DNA of 64,000 nucleotides from Octopus sinensis (lineage: Eukaryota). Below the pieces are notes generated by a model, which was not told where the DNA came from, ran no database searches, and saw only the letters and a list, made by a program, of their open reading frames with translations. The stretch is from positions 115,320,001 through 115,384,000 of the forward strand of contig NC_043002.1 in assembly GCF_006345805.1 (NCBI RefSeq), in the 5' to 3' direction. The stretch's first letter is position 1. Each line of letters starts with the position of its first letter. Made by a program: the position numbers and the translations under genes. Shown here one piece after another: positions 23,439 through 37,370 of this stretch.

Positions 23439-26400
23439 ATGTCTATCCACATTGGTTGTATAAATGTTCGTGGTCTGATGTCAAGCTGGCAGCAAGGACG
23501 CTTTCTAAATGACATAAAGTCGAGAAATTTGGATGTAATTGTTGCAACGGAAACCCGGGTGAAGGGGCCAAGATATCTGCTCCCCCTCCTGAACGGCTAC
23601 GAGAAATACGTTTCTCCGAGTTGGGCGGGAGGTGGGGTGGAGTGTTGGTCCTACTAAAAAGAAACCGGGTAGCCGAGAAAAAGTTGTTTTTTTCTGACCC
23701 AGAAGGCAGGTTGGTCGTTCTTGACCTGACATTCAGTTGTGGCAAGACGATCAGTCTGGTCGCTATTTACGCACCAAACATTATTGGCCCGCAAACTGAA
23801 TATTTTCGTGACCTGGGAAAGTTCCTAGCCACGTCGCATTCACTAGTATTGTTAGGAGACTTTAACACAATATGTGCAGCACACACAGATTGTGTTGGCT
23901 CGAGCTCGAACATGAACAGAAAATGTAACCCAGGCTTTCGTGATCTGCTAAGTCAATTTCAGCTAGCAGATCCATATAGGTTGGAGCACCCGAACACTCC
24001 ACAGTGGATGTGGTCAAATAGTGACGGGACTACCAGAACATATCCAGATAGGATTTTAATTAGAGAAATAGATAAGTGCATAGTTGTGTGTCCACAGTGT
24101 TTTCTAGTCAGCTACAGTGACCACAAAATGGTTACCTGTAAACTGACGGTAGATAAGTTGCATAGACAGGGATCTGGCTACTGGAAACTCAATACGTCCC
24201 TTTTAGCGATTGAGGAGTACAGAAAGCGGATGAAGATGTTAATACAGAAAGAATTAACAGGTACCATCATTAATAACAAATGGTGGTACGCCCTAAAAAG
24301 AGCCATCAAATATGAGTCTATTAGGTTTAACATAAGTTTAGCTAAGAAGGGACGTAGAATAGGAGATGGTCTAGTTAAGGAACTAGAAGAAGCCTGGAGG
24401 ACTGGTAATGCAGACCAAGCGAGGGTGAACAGACTGGAGTTAAACCAGCATCTTGAAGCCCAACACATGGGAAGTATTGCCAGAGCTAAGTTACGTGCAA
24501 TGGGAAGTGAAGAAGTCAAGGCCGCTGGATGGGCGCGAGTGGTGGAAGCTCGGCAAGGAAATAGTTCCTCTATTCAGTCTTTAACGAATCAAAATGGTGT
24601 CTTGGTAAACGAGCCCGAGAAAATGTGTGAGGTCTTTCGGGAGTACTTCGCCCAGCTGTTCGGGGGTGACGGCGGTCCTGGTGGTGAGAGAGCCCTCGAG
24701 GACTTTCTTGCCGGGCTGCCGTGCTTTTCGGGGTCGGATGCGGAGTCTTGCGAAGGGCCAATCACGCCTGAGGAGGTGATTCGAGGCTTTGGCCGATTGT
24801 AAAGCGGGTAAGTCGCCGGGACTTGATGGTCTTCCGTACGAGCTGTATAAATGTATGCCAGACTTGTTCGAGCAACTACTGGCTGACGTGTACGCGAACT
24901 GGCAAAAGAACGGGTTTGTCCCCAGCTCTGTGCGCCGGAGAGTAGTGACGTTAGTCAGAAAGGACCCGGACAAGGAGAACGTTCTAGAGAATTTCAAGCC
25001 CATCACTCTGTTAAACGCAGAATTGAAGATTTTGGCCAAGGTTCTAGCAAAAAGGTTGGCGTGTGTCGCGAATGGTATAGTCGGGGAGGCACAGACATGC
25101 GCCATCCCAGGCAGAACCATTCAGGATACCCTCCATATTATTCGCTATACCATAGAGAGGGTTGGTAATAAATCTGGTAAAGGTGGGGCATTGGTGCATT
25201 TGGACCAGTCTAAAGCTTTTGATAGGGTTGACCATCGATACCTAGCGACTGTGCTTGTGCGGTTTGGCCTGGATCTTGGCTTCTTCAGGTGGTTTATCGC
25301 TTTGTACCACAACATTGACTCGATAGTTCGGGTGAACGGTTTCCTTTCGAAGCCGTTCTGCATCAAACGCTCGGTTCATCAAGGATGTCCGTTTTCACCA
25401 CTTTTGTATGTGATGGATCTCGAGCCATTACTGCGAAGATTGAGTAGCATCCCGAGAGAACCAGGACTAGAGGAGTTTGTTACGGCTTTCGCGGATGATA
25501 TCACTATCAGCGTAACCACAGTAGCACGCCTACGTGAAGTGGGTAAGACTATTGAGGCTTACGAGGAGGTAGCAGGAGCAAAGATTAACCGGGAAAAGTC
25601 GGTCGGCTTGCAGCTCGGCACCTGGGTTGGCAAGTCGATGCCTTCAGACAGCGTTGTTGGGCGCTATACGGATGGATCGGTTAAGTTGCTGGGAGTCTGG
25701 TTTGGACCAGGCCTCCAGATAGAGAAGAACTGGACGGAGGTATTGAGCAGGATGGCTGCAGTAGTCAAGACCTGGCCTTGGCGGTGGCTATCCCTGAAAG
25801 GGAGGGCTGAGGTGGCCAATGTGTTTATCGCATCGGTCATTACCTACCGCCTGACCGTCGTGCCCTGTCCGGATTCGTGGTTGATCAGGTTGGAGAGACA
25901 GCTCTTTCGCTTTTTGTGGAAGGGCAGGTCGCCACTTGTGAAACGCTCTGTCTGCTGTCAATAGCATTTAAAGGGAGGTTTAGGGATGCCTTGGTTAATG
26001 ATGCGCAGACATGCGTTAAGGCTGAGGCTCCTCTGGATTCTCCTGGATAGTGAACGGGTGTGGTCTCCGCTGAGATCAAGAGTTTTTGCGAACAGGAAGC
26101 CTGGTGTTCTTGTAGACCAAGGTCGAGTGAGTGGCATAAAGAGTGCCGTGAGGCCCTCTTGCTATTCTGGCGCTCGGACAACGCCAGTGGTGGGGGTTCC
26201 ACACGATTTTATATAGTGGGTTGGTAGAGTCTTAATGCGACGATGGCCTGGGGTCGACTCTAGGTCTCGATGTATTCAACTGGACAGCCTGTTTCACCGT
26301 ACATTCGGGTTGAGAACGTTGGACAACTTCCAAACGTCCTTAACCTGACAAAGCTACAGAGGTGCCTTGCCCGTTTGGGATAAGCTCGCAAGACATGGTA

Positions 26401-26830
26401 AACATCAGTCGCCGACCTGTTCAAGGTGCGGGGGGGAGAGACAGGGAAATCGTCCCTCACGCTATTGTTCAGTGTCTGGAGATAACTGAAATGTGGGCTT
26501 ATGCTGAACGCCTGTTGTCCGGCGAAGGAAGAGTACAGCTGTCGACTGAGTCAATTATAAAAATTGACCCAGAGGGAGTTCTAACGAACGAAGGTAAGAA
26601 TTGTTTTCTCGTGGTTGTAGCAATAGCAAAAGAGGCAGTATGGAAGACTAGGATAAAAGGAATTAAGATAGACAACTTTATTACTGGTCACAATTTACGA
26701 TCTTTTTTTTTTCTTTTTATTTGAAAAGGAAACTGTGGCTGGAGAAGAGGTGTCTGCCGGAGTGTACGTTCCAAAAGAGATGGAAGCATGTTGCACGAGT
26801 GTTGTGCGTGCAAGGAACCGTGTGAATAGA
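23439..26830 (+). pseudogene. Tx1 ORF2 (APE endonuclease, reverse transcriptase, C-terminal Zn motif), several frameshifts and stops
   Basis: APE: CINVRGL, VATET, LLGDFN, DRIL, SDH, GSGYWKLN. RT: KSPGLDGLP, KPITLLNAELKILAKVLAKRL, LDQSKAFDRVDH, QGCPFSPLLY, FADDI. C-terminal CPRCG...H...C. Breaks near 23640, 24790 and 25962. Confidence 0.92.
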
Positions 26831-29800
26831 CCGGAAAAAAAGGTATCAGCGGTAGATCGGGGCTTGTGGGGTCGGAGCGTGACCTGATCATCGCTTCATT
26901 TGTATTGTTTTTGTATTGTTTATTCCATTCGATTTTTTATATATTGTATTTTATTTTTAAAGTCACATTTATGTAAAATCATATCGCTTCACTGATCCCA
27001 TCAGTTGTTCTGTCCATACCTATGTTTGGCCCCCGGTGGGCAATAAAGAAATTCGTATTTCGTCTGCCGTTACGTTCTGAGTTCAAATTCCGCCGAGGTC
27101 GACTTTGCCTGTCATCCTTTCGGGGTCGATAAAATAAGTACCAGTTATGCAATGGGGTAGATTTAATCGACTTAATCCCTTTGTATGTCCTTGTTTGTCT
27201 CCTCTATGTTTAGCCCCTTGTGGGTAATAAAGAAATATATATCTCAGCAATTAGAATTTTCCCTCCCACAACCCGTTGATGACTATTGTTCCACAGGACA
27301 ACATATCCAAAGTATTTATGCTAATTGTGTTGCATCAGAAATTAGAATAGTCCATTATTTATCAGAATATTATGGAATTTGCACAGAATGGTACACACCT
27401 GTTTTTTGTTGTTGTTTTTTTTACTATGTAAACAAACAATATAGACAGTAGTGTTATCTAGTCATTACAAATATTGAACAATATAACAAAAGAAATATTA
27501 CTGTTAAAACATGTGTATGTGACTGATTGCTTGAATAGAAGAATGAATATTTGCCAACAGATGATTAACTATCTTTTTGATGTGGTGTAGGACGGGTGTG
27601 TGTAACGTGTATATCCGCAACTGATCAATACTGAAGCATTTTCTGGCTTCTGAGGTAAAACTTTGTAATGCATATTTTGTCGATGGTCATATGTAGAGTC
27701 ACATAAGAAATTAAGAGATTGTGAGATCAAGTAATTGCAATGTGTTGGAAGGTTTTGATTCTGCTATTTAGTTGTGTAACTTAAGTAAGTGAAATGCAAA
27801 ATTGTTTCATTTGTGTGAGTAATATTTGTTTTCATGCTGGTGAAGATATCACGTTTACGTAGTTGCACAAATATAATTCGTTATTTGATATCAGCTACTC
27901 GTGAATATTGAGTGCTACAACAAAACAGAGACTTAAAATAAATCATTTCTATGTAGATTACCATATAAAATTTATGATACTTTTAAAAATTCCATCAATG
28001 CTGCTAGATACAATTGCTTTGCTGGAATAGACGTCTGATAGCAATGATATCTATGTATTTCTTTCAGAGATAAAAAAATTTATCTCTTTTGTTCAATAAC
28101 TTGTATCTCAATGCTGTATTTGGCATTAGAGAGAAATTTTCTTCCGCTGTACAACTTCCTCTTTTTCGAGAGAAACATTATTTTTCTGAATTAATGTGTT
28201 TGCTTTTTAATATGTATGTTTTCTGTAAATAGCTTTCCTTTATACCTTAATAAATTCTCATTTCTTTATTCATATTTTGGCTACACGATGAATTCCCCAG
28301 CGTTAAGTTTATCTCATCGCCTGTTTCACATGTATCTAGCTGAATTAATAGAATAACTTCATGGCATTACTCTGCATCAGATTATGTTGATTCTGTAAGA
28401 CTGCATTAAGTTGATTTAGACATATACAAGCATAAATAGATTAAAACATGCTGAATACTTAAATAATAAACTGCATGCATTAATGGAAAGCATATAATGG
28501 TCGATTTATCATTCCGAGTAACAGGACTGCGTGACTGATCATAATTACTTTTGGTCACTCTATGGTGAATGACAAATGGCAGATAATCGCTTTTCTATTC
28601 CGATTTACTGTGGAGTGCATCAGAGTTCGATTTGAAATGAACATACCGTTGGGAACAATGTAGTGAAGTACATTAATAACAAAAGGATGCCGTTGAGACA
28701 GCTTAATTGAAAATGAAAGCAGAATCTTGCAGCTATCCCATTACCTGCAAAAACTACATCAGTCACCAGATGACATTTTACATAAATAATCAATTTGTAT
28801 GCTAAGATTTGTATGGAGGATTTTCTAGCAAGAATTATACTGGAATAAATATTTTCTATTATTTCAGTATTGTGTATTAAATGAATTTTTATCCATTAGT
28901 ATACATTCTTTTTTATTTTGATTTTGGGTTACAAAGTATGGACAAATAATGTTGTTCAAAATAAATTTTCTATCATGTATTAATCATATATAATTTTCTA
29001 ATTACTATGAATGATATTATAATGTAAATAATAAATAATAATCATTTCGTACTTTCTTGAAGTACTTTTCGTGCTGGTTTCAGTGCGAAAGATAGAGGGG
29101 TGAGATCGCTCAGACCAGCGCAGTACTGTTTCATTTATATATGTATAATATGCTTACTTCTCTTTGACTCACATAATCAACGACCATCCTTCAAAATCTC
29201 CTAGAAATATATTAAGGATACATTTCCCCTAAAAACCACCAGATCATGTTATCTTGTATGTTTAAGCTATACTACCTTAGGTTTAATAAACTACACAAAA
29301 AGAGCACACTTACATTATTAGAAAAGCCAAAAGTCAGATTGATTGGCAAGTCTTCTTCTACTGATCAGGTTCACACTAACTTAGCATTAGCTGTGTCCCT
29401 CAATTACTACAGTCACTTAAACAAAAAAACTTTCCTCAAGCGCTATTTTTCAGCTCAATCACCGCATTACTATTTCACATCAGAATAGATGTTTTCATGC
29501 TTCTTGTCGGTGAAAGAAATCAAAGAGACCGTTTATGTATATTTACAATATATATTCTTCACAATCATCCATATGTTTTCTATCTATAATACTCAAATAC
29601 TCAAATATTTAAAAGAAATGCTCTTTATTCTACCATATATAACCCTCGTATTGTTCCGAATTTGATTAGTCCCTACTTCTGTGGCTACAAATGCTGCGGT
29701 AGTGCCCTCTTTTCTATACAAATGTCACATCAGATAGAAGATATAAAAGACGGTATTACTGTGGACGTTGTAGCTATATAACGGAGGAATAATCAGATTC

Positions 29801-29899
29801 ATCTTTAAAATACAAATGGAACAAATTCATTGTTGGCTTTAGGTTCTCTTTACACTATTAACCTTCATCACTAATTCGGTTATCTCTCAGTCAGTATCA

Positions 29900-30700
29900 A
29901 GAAGAATTATCTCACTCCATTTGTTCCTGAAAACATAACACTCGGTGACTTAAATGCTCTCAACTCCTCTTGGCTTGTCGACACTGCCGGCGCATTGACG
30001 AATTTGTCAATCTGAACCGACTTCACATATAATCCTAACGACACACTCAATAACACTAACTACATCAAACATACTATGGCACAATTATCACAATCTCTTA
30101 CTGATCGGCTCGTTTGATATTTTCGAATCAACGCGACACACTTTTTGCTGCATCCTTTGCATCCCATCTGCTGCTAACTGGTCGAAATCTACCAGTATTA
30201 TGTTGACTACGCTTGATTGCAAATCTGAGCCAAATCTATCTTAAATGACACTCTGTCGTTTCAAATAAAGGAAGAACACATAAAATAGTGTAATTCAAAT
30301 TCACCTAAAAGGATTGGATAGCCACATCTGGAATACCATTGATCACCAGTCTGCTGGAAAGGGTTGATTTGAACTAAACAACAATAATTCAGAAATTTAT
30401 AAGTGATCAAAATGTTTCTAACAGGTGAATAACATGACCTACAACATCGAGAATCTACCCACGAAAAAGTCATCAAGATTGATTACCAAATATTCACACT
30501 ACGACCACTAGTTCAGACAGATGTACTATTTCTTCTGCATTAGGTTTCCTGGGTCTTCTACAGTAACTACAATGAACTTTTTGAACAAGATATCTGCACA
30601 CCCCATTAACTCTGGTTCATCAGACACAGCCACAGCTCACGTCATCCCAACTGTGGCTCCCCTTCTACATTACAAAATGCCTATTTCTTTCTCCAGAACT
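29900..30700 (+). mobile_element. Highly decayed LINE endonuclease-region fragment
   Basis: ITLGDLNALNSSWL resembles the APE GDFNAHH..W motif, and the downstream sequence is C/A-rich like a LINE sense strand. Confidence 0.4.
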
Positions 30701-31441
30701 CTCTAGTATTCTGTTTCGACCACGTTTTTGATGCAACTATGTGCATGAGTTATGTTCATACGGGAAGATCTGTAAATTTTATGGTAAGCGCCTCTCCATC
30801 TTTGGCTGGCTTATTTTTTTGTTTTTTACCGCTACAAGTAACAAACATATAGGTCGACGTTTTCAAATAAACACAGCTTTACCTATTTTATTAGCTTTCT
30901 CGATAGACACTTATTTATATTTTACATTTGATTTACGGAAGAATTCAATAATAGAAATCATATTTTAAAGACTGCATTTATTGAGTTATTCATAACTTAA
31001 ACTTCAACTTTAACACTTTTCATGGCAAAGAAATATCGAAAGCCTGTCTGGTTGCTGCTTGCTGTCAGTTTTTCGCTAAACTTACATGTTCATATACCGA
31101 GGGTTTGAATCGATAGATATTTCTGTCTCAGAACTGTTGATATGCATATATTTACATTATTTGCAAAGATTTACTTCTTGGAAGCTTCGAATATTTCATT
31201 ATCTTATCACGCTTCATTTTACACAGCTCTGTTTTAGTGCATAAAAACTTGACAAATATACAAATTCACAATTGTTCTTTCGTTTGTTTAGACGATAAAT
31301 CATTTTGCTACATTCCTTTTATTTACCGGCTTATTACTGCCAGAATTTTAAAATTCTTTCGTAAATACCAATATTGAAAGTTTCATATATTCGTGTGCGT
31401 GCTAATGAAACAGAGCAAAAGAAAGTTACGCTTATATATAA

Positions 31442-31476
<35 letters not shown>

Positions 31477-31490
31477 TGTGTGTGTGTGTG
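31442..31490. repeat. (TG)n microsatellite
   Basis: Direct inspection. Confidence 0.97.
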
Positions 31491-31619
31491 TAGGTTTACA
31501 ACCAATTGTTGTAAACTTCAGGACTCCAGCTGTTACATTGGACACATTACTACAACACTCTCTCGTACATTTACAAGCAATAACTATATCACATCAGACA
31601 AATAGAAAACTGCTAGAGA

Positions 31620-32450
31620 ATAACATTAAAATTAATCTCGGAAGCCACATTCATATCGCAATAGGTATTTCGTCTGCCGCTACGTTCTGAGTTCAAATTC
31701 CGCAGAGGTCCACTTTGCCTTTCATCCTTTCGGGGTCGATAAATTAAGTTCCAGTTTCGCACTGGGGTCGATGCAATCGACTTAATCATTTGTCTGTCCT
31801 TGTTTGTCCCCTCTATGGTTGGCCCCTTGTGGGCAATAAAGAAATAAGTGCCTAAGTGGTCGCTGCATGGTATGCATCTAAGCGCGGAATGTTTCATTTG
31901 GTGTCTGTGCAAATTTACACGGTTGGTTAATTTTGTTTTTGTTTCTCCTGCATAGTTTTCATTGCATCGTGGGCATTTGATACTGTATATCAGAATTTGG
32001 GTTTTGCAGTTTATATTTGCATTTACCTTTAATTCCTTCTTATTTTTTTATTTTTTTGGCTGATCCGTGTTAGATTAATTCGCATGTCCCACATCGTCAC
32101 CACACTTGATTACTTGCATGGTTTCTTTCTCTGGTGTAAACTCTGCTTTGGTTAGAAGTCTCTTATGATTTGGTGGTTGTCTTCGGTTGTTGATAATCTA
32201 TTGTTCCTTAAGTATTTGTCGGAGACTTGAGGACTAGTGGAGAATTTATCTTCAATGTGAGTGCTTTTTCGTAAGGTAGAGATTGGGATCTCCTTAGCTT
32301 TAGTTATAGCTTGGTCTATTAGTTAGTTTAGAGGGGTATTTTTGTTTTTTAAGGAACAAGTTAAGTTCTGCAAGTCGTCTTTCTCGTCTACTTGTATCCG
32401 AAACTATTGTGCTTATTCGCCTTGCCATTTTAAAAGATATGTTTCCTTGT
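31620..32450 (-). mobile_element. Penelope-like element remnant (RT thumb/linker and GIY-YIG endonuclease), interrupted by a SINE A
   Basis: NISFKMARRISTIVSD...LAELNLFLKKQKYP; RRQPPNHKRLLTKAEF; KCG..CGTC; NINCKTQILIYSIKCPRCNENYAGETKTKLTNRVNLHR..IPCSDHL (GIY-YIG pattern). Confidence 0.85.
31664..31846 (+). mobile_element. Headless SINE A starting at GGTATTTCGTCTG
   Basis: Body and tail match SINE A. Only AATA is repeated at the flanks. Confidence 0.88.
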
Positions 32451-32455
32451 GTATG

Positions 32456-32499
<44 letters not shown>

Positions 32500-34324
32500 A
32501 TATATATATACACGCACACACACATGCATTTTATATGAAGTCGCAGCGCAAACATATCGCACCCCTTTCCGCTTTCTTCATGCTCTCTGTTAGAATGTGT
32601 TCTGATCGATATTTCATATCCATAAGGATCCTTTTGAATCCTAAGTGCAACGAACATCGGTGCTTCGTCGGAGCAGAAGATGATAGGCATTTCATTAAAT
32701 TTATACCCTTTTTGCTGGCATAGTTAGGGTTAGGCTCTTTTAGCAGCTACTTTATGTGTTCCTGCAGCACTCCCCTATTACTGACCACATTTTGATTACA
32801 GATAGTTTTTGTGCAACATGAAATATGTAAATATGTCATATTTGTCAAAATGCAATAGCATTTTCTAAGTGTCTACAGTCCACTATTAATTTTGAATGCC
32901 TTTTCCACTCTGTCTCTTAATAGTCCAGCTGTGTCGAGTAAGTTTAGCTGTCACTCAGTCACAGCTTCCTACACGTTTGCTCAGTACTTCTAATATGTTC
33001 AAGGCAAAGAATTTAACAAGAATATCTTCTTATTTTACAATGAATTCGCAAAAGTATAACATTTAAAACTCAGAAAGATTGATATTTTTAATTTAAGCTT
33101 GTGTGTTTTCCTGTTACACCTTCTTTTTGAATTTTCTAATAAAAACCAGTGTGTATGGTTAGGTAATGAAATATCATCTACTTAACATTTGCTTATAGAA
33201 ATCTGTTTCTTCTCTCGGTTTCAGTTTACATAACTTAGGTCTCTCTAAATGCTATCACACTTTGATTGATACCCAAAAACACTACTTATTTTAGAGAGAG
33301 AGCATATGTTTGTTTATTGTTCGGTCAAATAGCTTCTGTTCAATGTCATCATAAATCTTAAGCATTGCATAAACTGATGTTGAGTATGTTTTTCGTATCG
33401 TCTAAAATACTGGCAGTAGAAACTTCTTGCTTCGTAATATCATCAAATTTTCGTGAAGTGCATATATTCTATCATCCAGTTATGTATTATAAATTCTTGA
33501 AAATATATTGAAGAACACCTTGTTCAAAGAGGAACATTCTATGATTAGCTACCAAATCAATGCCACTGGTTCCATTTTAAAACCTTTTAGCTGATTAACA
33601 CGTTTTAAAATATATTTCCTGGTAGCTGAAATGGTTATTAGAATGTTTGCTGAGAAGAGATTTAGTAACACATCAGCTAAATAGAATTGCCAAAGCATAA
33701 AAATAATTGTAATCTTCACTTTTTCCGCTGGGGCTTCTATGCAACAGAAGATATTCATGCCAGTACATGAGTTATGTGCTAGTGAATATTTTAACTAACA
33801 CTACAAACGTATACGTCGATTCATTATCATCTTGTAGAGTTTTGGATATTTATTGCTCACTTCGTGTTTAGATTCAGCGGAAATTGATTTTTTAGATCGG
33901 TTTGAAACAATTCAAGACCTAATTATTTGCAAATGGCGTTGATATAAAAATAACACGTACAAGTGTAACGTACAACAATGTACATAGGGTAAACATACTT
34001 CTGTTGAAAACGATAAATTTAATGAATAATAACAAATCCTACAAAAATATAAGTTATGATGAATATGTAAAATACATGAACAAATTACTTAAATAGAAGA
34101 CTTGTAATAGAGATAAATTTGAGATTAGTTTGAACATCTGGTCGATGCCTTTTGAGTGTAATTTTGTAGACGAGGACGATGCAGAAGCATAGAATGATAG
34201 ATTGAACCTATTTAAGGCAGTGACCGCAACATGCCCTCATTTCAAAGAGAGGAACCAATAAAAGCATTGTTTGGATAGACACTAATCTGAAATCTTATAT
34301 GTGTGTGTATGTGTTTGTCTGTCT

Positions 34325-34602
34325 ATTTGTCTGTCTTCTTGTCTCTGTGTGTGTGTGTGTGTGTGTATGTTTGTATGTATGTATGTATGTATGTGTGTAT
34401 GTATGTATGTATGTATGTGTGTATGTATGTGTGTATGTATGTATGTATGTATGTATGTGTGTATGTATGTGTGTATGTATGTATGTATGTATGTGTGTAT
34501 GTATGTATGTATGTATGTATGTATGTATGTGTGTATGTATGTATGTATGTATGTATGTATGTATGTATGTATGTATGTATGTATGTATGTATGTGTGTAT
34601 GT
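34325..34602. repeat. (TATG)n/(TG)n microsatellite
   Basis: Direct inspection. Confidence 0.97.
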
Positions 34603-34969
34603 AGGTCGACAGTATCTTAGACTCAACTAATGAAACCCAGCATACATTTTTACAACATCTTGAATAATTAAACAATTTCACTGTCCTCTACTAAACTATT
34701 TAATAGTAATGCATTTATAGTTTTAGAACTGGTGAAGCTGATCTGAATGCAATCGATTTCTTCCGGAAGGAGAGAAAAAGAGAGACAAAAAGGAAAGATA
34801 TAGCGAAAGAAATTAATCGACTCTAGGGCAAGACTGGTGCTTTATTTATCGACTTATTTATCAACTCCGAAGGATGAAAGTTAATTCCAGCAGAATTTGA
34901 ACTCTGAGCTCAGATACCTGGAACAATTACAACTCTAACAACTCCATGGATTGCCTGCATGCACGCTTT

Positions 34970-35260
34970 CATACATACATACATACATACATACATACAT
35001 ACATACATACATACATACACACATACATAGACACATACACACATACATACATACATACATTCATACATACATACATACATACATACACACATACACACAT
35101 ACATACACACATACATACATACATACATACATACACACATACATACATACATACATACATACACACATACACACATACATACATACACACATACATACAT
35201 TCATACATACACACATACATACACACATGCACACATACATACATACATACGTACATACAC

Positions 35261-35309
<49 letters not shown>

Positions 35310-35312
35310 TTC
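34970..35312. repeat. (CATA)n/(CA)n microsatellite
   Basis: Direct inspection. Confidence 0.97.
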
Positions 35313-35590
35313 ATAATGTTCACATCATAGATTTACTTCTATTGCCTAATCTGAATGTATTCTTCCTGTGCAGTGCCATTGCAAATCATCAAATAGTTTT
35401 TACACTATTTGCATATACTTCAGGATAAAGGTTTCGATTTCGTTTTAGAAGTGACTTGCGTGCGCGACATTCATGAAACGCAATTACTGCGAAATTCATA
35501 TTTGCAACCAATGTAATCACTTATAGAGCGATTTCGTTTCGCCTAGCTCTGACATATATTGTATTTTGTTTTAATATTATGCGTCTGAAA

Positions 35591-35802
35591 GGCGGCGAGC
35601 TGACAGAAACGTTAGCACACCGAGCGAAATGTTTAGCGGTATTTCGTCTGTCTTTACGTTTTGAGTTCAAATTCCGCCGAAGTCGACTTTGCCTTTCATC
35701 CTTTGAGGGTCGATAAATAAAGTACCAGTTGCATACTGGGATCGATTTAATCGACTGGCCCCCTCCCCAAAAATTTCGGGCTTTGTGCCTAGAGTAGAAA
35801 AG
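35591..35802 (+). mobile_element. SINE A head/body with alternative tail (…CCCCCTCCCCAAAAATTTCGGGCTTTGTGCCTAGAGTAGAAAAG)
   Basis: 16-bp TSD AATATTATGCGTCTGA (35573-35588 / 35803-35818). Confidence 0.88.
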
Positions 35803-37209
35803 AATATTATGCGTCTGAGAGGGATTTTTCACGGATAGTAAGCCGCATTTTCTGGCATACTTTAAGTATGCGGTATTGGTAAGATTTTCATTACAGAGCT
35901 AATTCATTACATAATATGGATATATGCATATAAAATGTTTAATGATTATATGCAATATGTTATGAACAACACAGAAATTACTAAGGCACTCTTCATGAAC
36001 TAGCAGTGAGTTGTTTACCTCTAGTCTACAGTTAATCGTTAAAAATGTTTGCATATGCTCTTGCATATATGTGAGAAATCTGCCTTAGTTGTTCGTTTGC
36101 ATTATTTCGCAAAGTAATTCCGCACTAAAATATTTTGAGTTAATTTAGTTCAATATTTTCCTTCACTGATAAAAAATTATTATTTTGCAAGAAAATCATA
36201 GTCTTTAATATTGATGTCCAATTTTGATTCAGTTTTAATGAAATATTGAATTGATCACATGAAATATTGAATTGATCGTAAGGTTGGTTCTTATTTTGTC
36301 AATCTGGGTGAGATAAAAATGTAAAGTAAAGATTGACAGGGTTTCAAGTCAAATCGTAAAGCTGCGTGCAAGAAAACATTTTGTTTCCCTCGCCAGTCAC
36401 ACAATCCCTCCCCATTTTTGGCATTCTTATGAATTTTTTATACAGGCTGTAGAAGCAACAAAGCGGGTATGCGAGGTTTTGCGTTACATATCTCTTGGCT
36501 ACATGTTCATATTTGCTCCATGTTTCATTTGGTTTCTCAGGAGAATAATTTATTGTGTTGCCAATGTTGGTCTCGAAATAATTACAAAATTATCCACGGA
36601 TATCAATATCTCACGAGATTTCATCAAACGTCTCAGTTAATCTCCCTTTAATTTAGATTACTGCTGATTGATTCCACATGAAAAATTTACAACCTAGGAA
36701 GCATCTTACAATGGCATAATTATTAATGCTTCTTTTTTTATATAGTCTGACCAAAACAGATAGCACCCAGAATGTTTCCGACTTGTCAGTTCAATTTTCA
36801 GTTTTATCCGTTATAAGCTGTCGTTTTTAAAAAAAGGATTCGTCGATATTTTCCGAGACGTTTTATGATAATCAGCTATTTGTTGATTATGTTTGCGTTT
36901 CTATAACCCTAGTAGCGGAAAGGTTTTTACCTTACACTGAAAATCCTTAGGAAAGTTACAAATGTTTCACCTTAAAATTACTCTTTTAAAGCCAAAACAT
37001 AGCACTTGTCTATGTAATGCAACATAAAATTGAAAAAACTAAAATATTTAATCAAGTCTTGGTGATGTTATTCTTAAGAGGAACGGAGGTATATGAGATG
37101 GAGTAAAAGAGCCTAAATCCCCAAATCATCCAAAATGCAATTGAGTCATGTCTAGCTTCAGCAGATAGGCTATTCAATAAATTACTTTTTAAATTACAGT
37201 AGAGAAAGT

Positions 37210-37370
37210 AAGGTGGCGAGCTGTGAGAATCGTTAGCACGCCGAGCGAAATGCTTAGCATATTTCGTCTGTCTTTACCTCCTGAGTCGACTTTACCTTTA
37301 GTCCTTTTGGATTCGATAAAATAAGTACCAGTTGAAGCTACTGGCCTTGTGCCAAAATTTGAAATCAATT
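37210..37370 (+). mobile_element. Degenerate SINE A with GGCCTTGTGCCAAAATTTGAAA tail
   Basis: Head GGTGGCGAGCTG..GAATCGTTAGCACGCC with internal deletions. Confidence 0.7.

Larger units (their letters stand above)
21761..27053 (+). mobile_element. Full-length (5.3 kb) Tx1-type L1-clade non-LTR retrotransposon, inactivated
   Basis: 5'UTR, ORF1, ORF2 and a 3'UTR ending AATAAAGAAAT. 13-bp TSD CGTATTTCGTCTG (21748-21760 / 27054-27066). Confidence 0.92.
21701..27236 (+). mobile_element. SINE A split by the Tx1 LINE (head 21701-21760; body and tail 27054-27236)
   Basis: Outer 16-bp TSD ATATATCTCAGCAATT (21685-21700 / 27237-27252). Confidence 0.9.

Noticed and set aside
32525-32730. Continuation of the PLE RT or a Helitron fragment beyond the TA tract
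   Set aside because: No frame gave a motif I could assign.
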